Positions 55,856-56,438 of a DNA stretch of 56,438 bases are shown piece by piece (the stretch's first letter is position 1; each line of letters opens with the position of its first letter). The notes under the pieces are model-generated. The model was not told where the DNA came from and ran no database searches. It saw nothing but the letters and a program-made list of their open reading frames with translations. Source of the stretch: an uncultured Candidatus Saccharibacteria bacterium (lineage in GTDB: Bacteria; Patescibacteriota; Minisyncoccia; Phycocordibacterales; PALSA-1337); the NCBI GenBank assembly GCA_964645315.1, contig CAZYBH010000002.1, forward strand, positions 1 through 56,438. The letters are read 5' to 3'. The position numbers were made by a program, and so were the translations under genes.

Positions 55856-56338
55856 ATGAACAAAAGTACAAAAACAAGCACAAATAGAGGGTTCACTTTG
55901 ATCGAAGTTCTTATTGTTATCGGTATTATTGCCATTTTGGCCACGATCGTCCTTGTAGCAGTCAATCCAACCCGCCAATTCAAACTGGCTCGCGATTCAC
56001 AAAGAACCAGCAATGTAAATGCCTTACTAAATGCTATTCACCAAAACATCACCGAGCACAAGGGTGACCTTATATGCAATGGCTCAAAAAAGTCCCTTCC
56101 GACTGTGCCGACCTTAGTCCGATCAGCAAGCACCTCGCCCGAAAACGAGGGCGATATAGCAGATTGTTTGGTACCAGATTATATTTCATCCTTGCCATTT
56201 GATCCTTCTGCTTCAGGAGCACACTATGAGAACAATTCTGACTACAATACTGGCTATATTGTTTATCGCGACCAAAACAACCGCATTACCGCAAGCTCAA
56301 CTGGTGAGCTTACTCCATCCATTTCGGTTACGAGATAG
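55856..56338 (+). CDS. type IV pilin / pseudopilin-like protein
   Basis: 160 aa with the prepilin leader and N-methylation motif NRGFTLIEVLIVIGIIAILATIVLVAV. Confidence 0.85.
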   Translation: MNKSTKTSTNRGFTLIEVLIVIGIIAILATIVLVAVNPTRQFKLARDSQRTSNVNALLNAIHQNITEHKGDLICNGSKKSLPTVPTLVRSASTSPENEGDIADCLVPDYISSLPFDPSASGAHYENNSDYNTGYIVYRDQNNRITASSTGELTPSISVTR

Positions 56339-56383
56339 GGTAATGGTTTACCGATTTGATTTCTTATTATTCTTGCTCTGCTC

Positions 56384-56438
56384 GTCATTCCCGCACAGGG
56401 CTTGTCATTCCCACACCCTTACTGCTAGTCATTCCCGC
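56384..56438 (+). repeat. three copies of GTCATTCCC(G/A)C at 20- and 24-nt spacing, truncated by the window end
   Basis: gtcattcccgc (56384-56394), gtcattcccac (56404-56414), gtcattcccgc (56428-56438). Confidence 0.5.

Noticed and set aside
56384-56438. CRISPR array
   Set aside because: The repeat unit (11 nt) and period (20-24 nt) are far too short for CRISPR repeats and spacers. No cas genes are in the window.

Overview
AT-rich (about one-third GC by eye) bacterial chromosome segment. It carries tightly packed, often shortened housekeeping genes: valS 3' end, dnaB, recR, rplU, rmuC, pyrD, gpmA, eno, rpmE, prfA, rpsB, tsf, pheS/pheT, gyrB, truB and tsaD. It also has six tRNAs, many small membrane proteins, a type IV pilin-like gene and three very large secreted proteins. 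This gene content fits a reduced-genome Patescibacteria/CPR-like organism (inference). The standard code fits, because long ORFs stay intact and prfA ends in TGA. Three unexplained layers sit on top of this backbone. (1) At least seven sharply GC-rich patches look like self-contained transcription units with their own promoter, often a strong SD, and a terminator. Two of them encode secreted proteins sharing a C-terminal ...ILExx...W...FFR(G/A) module. (2) A family of hairpin repeats occurs in intergenic DNA: a 19-bp palindrome GCATATGT-N3-ACATATGC and an 87-nt triple-hairpin unit. Two copies of the 87-nt unit flank a foreign-looking 195-aa gene as direct repeats. (3) GC-rich elements lie next to tRNA-Ser and tRNA-Glu, with weaker ones at tRNA-Phe and tRNA-Val. 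Their closing stem is an antisense copy plus an exact sense copy of that tRNA's own 3' end. A roughly 480-nt GC-rich promoter-to-terminator unit downstream of gyrB matches no RNA class I can recognise. No reverse transcriptase, integrase, transposase, Cas gene or CRISPR array is visible. All functional calls rest on motif recognition by eye; no searches were run.
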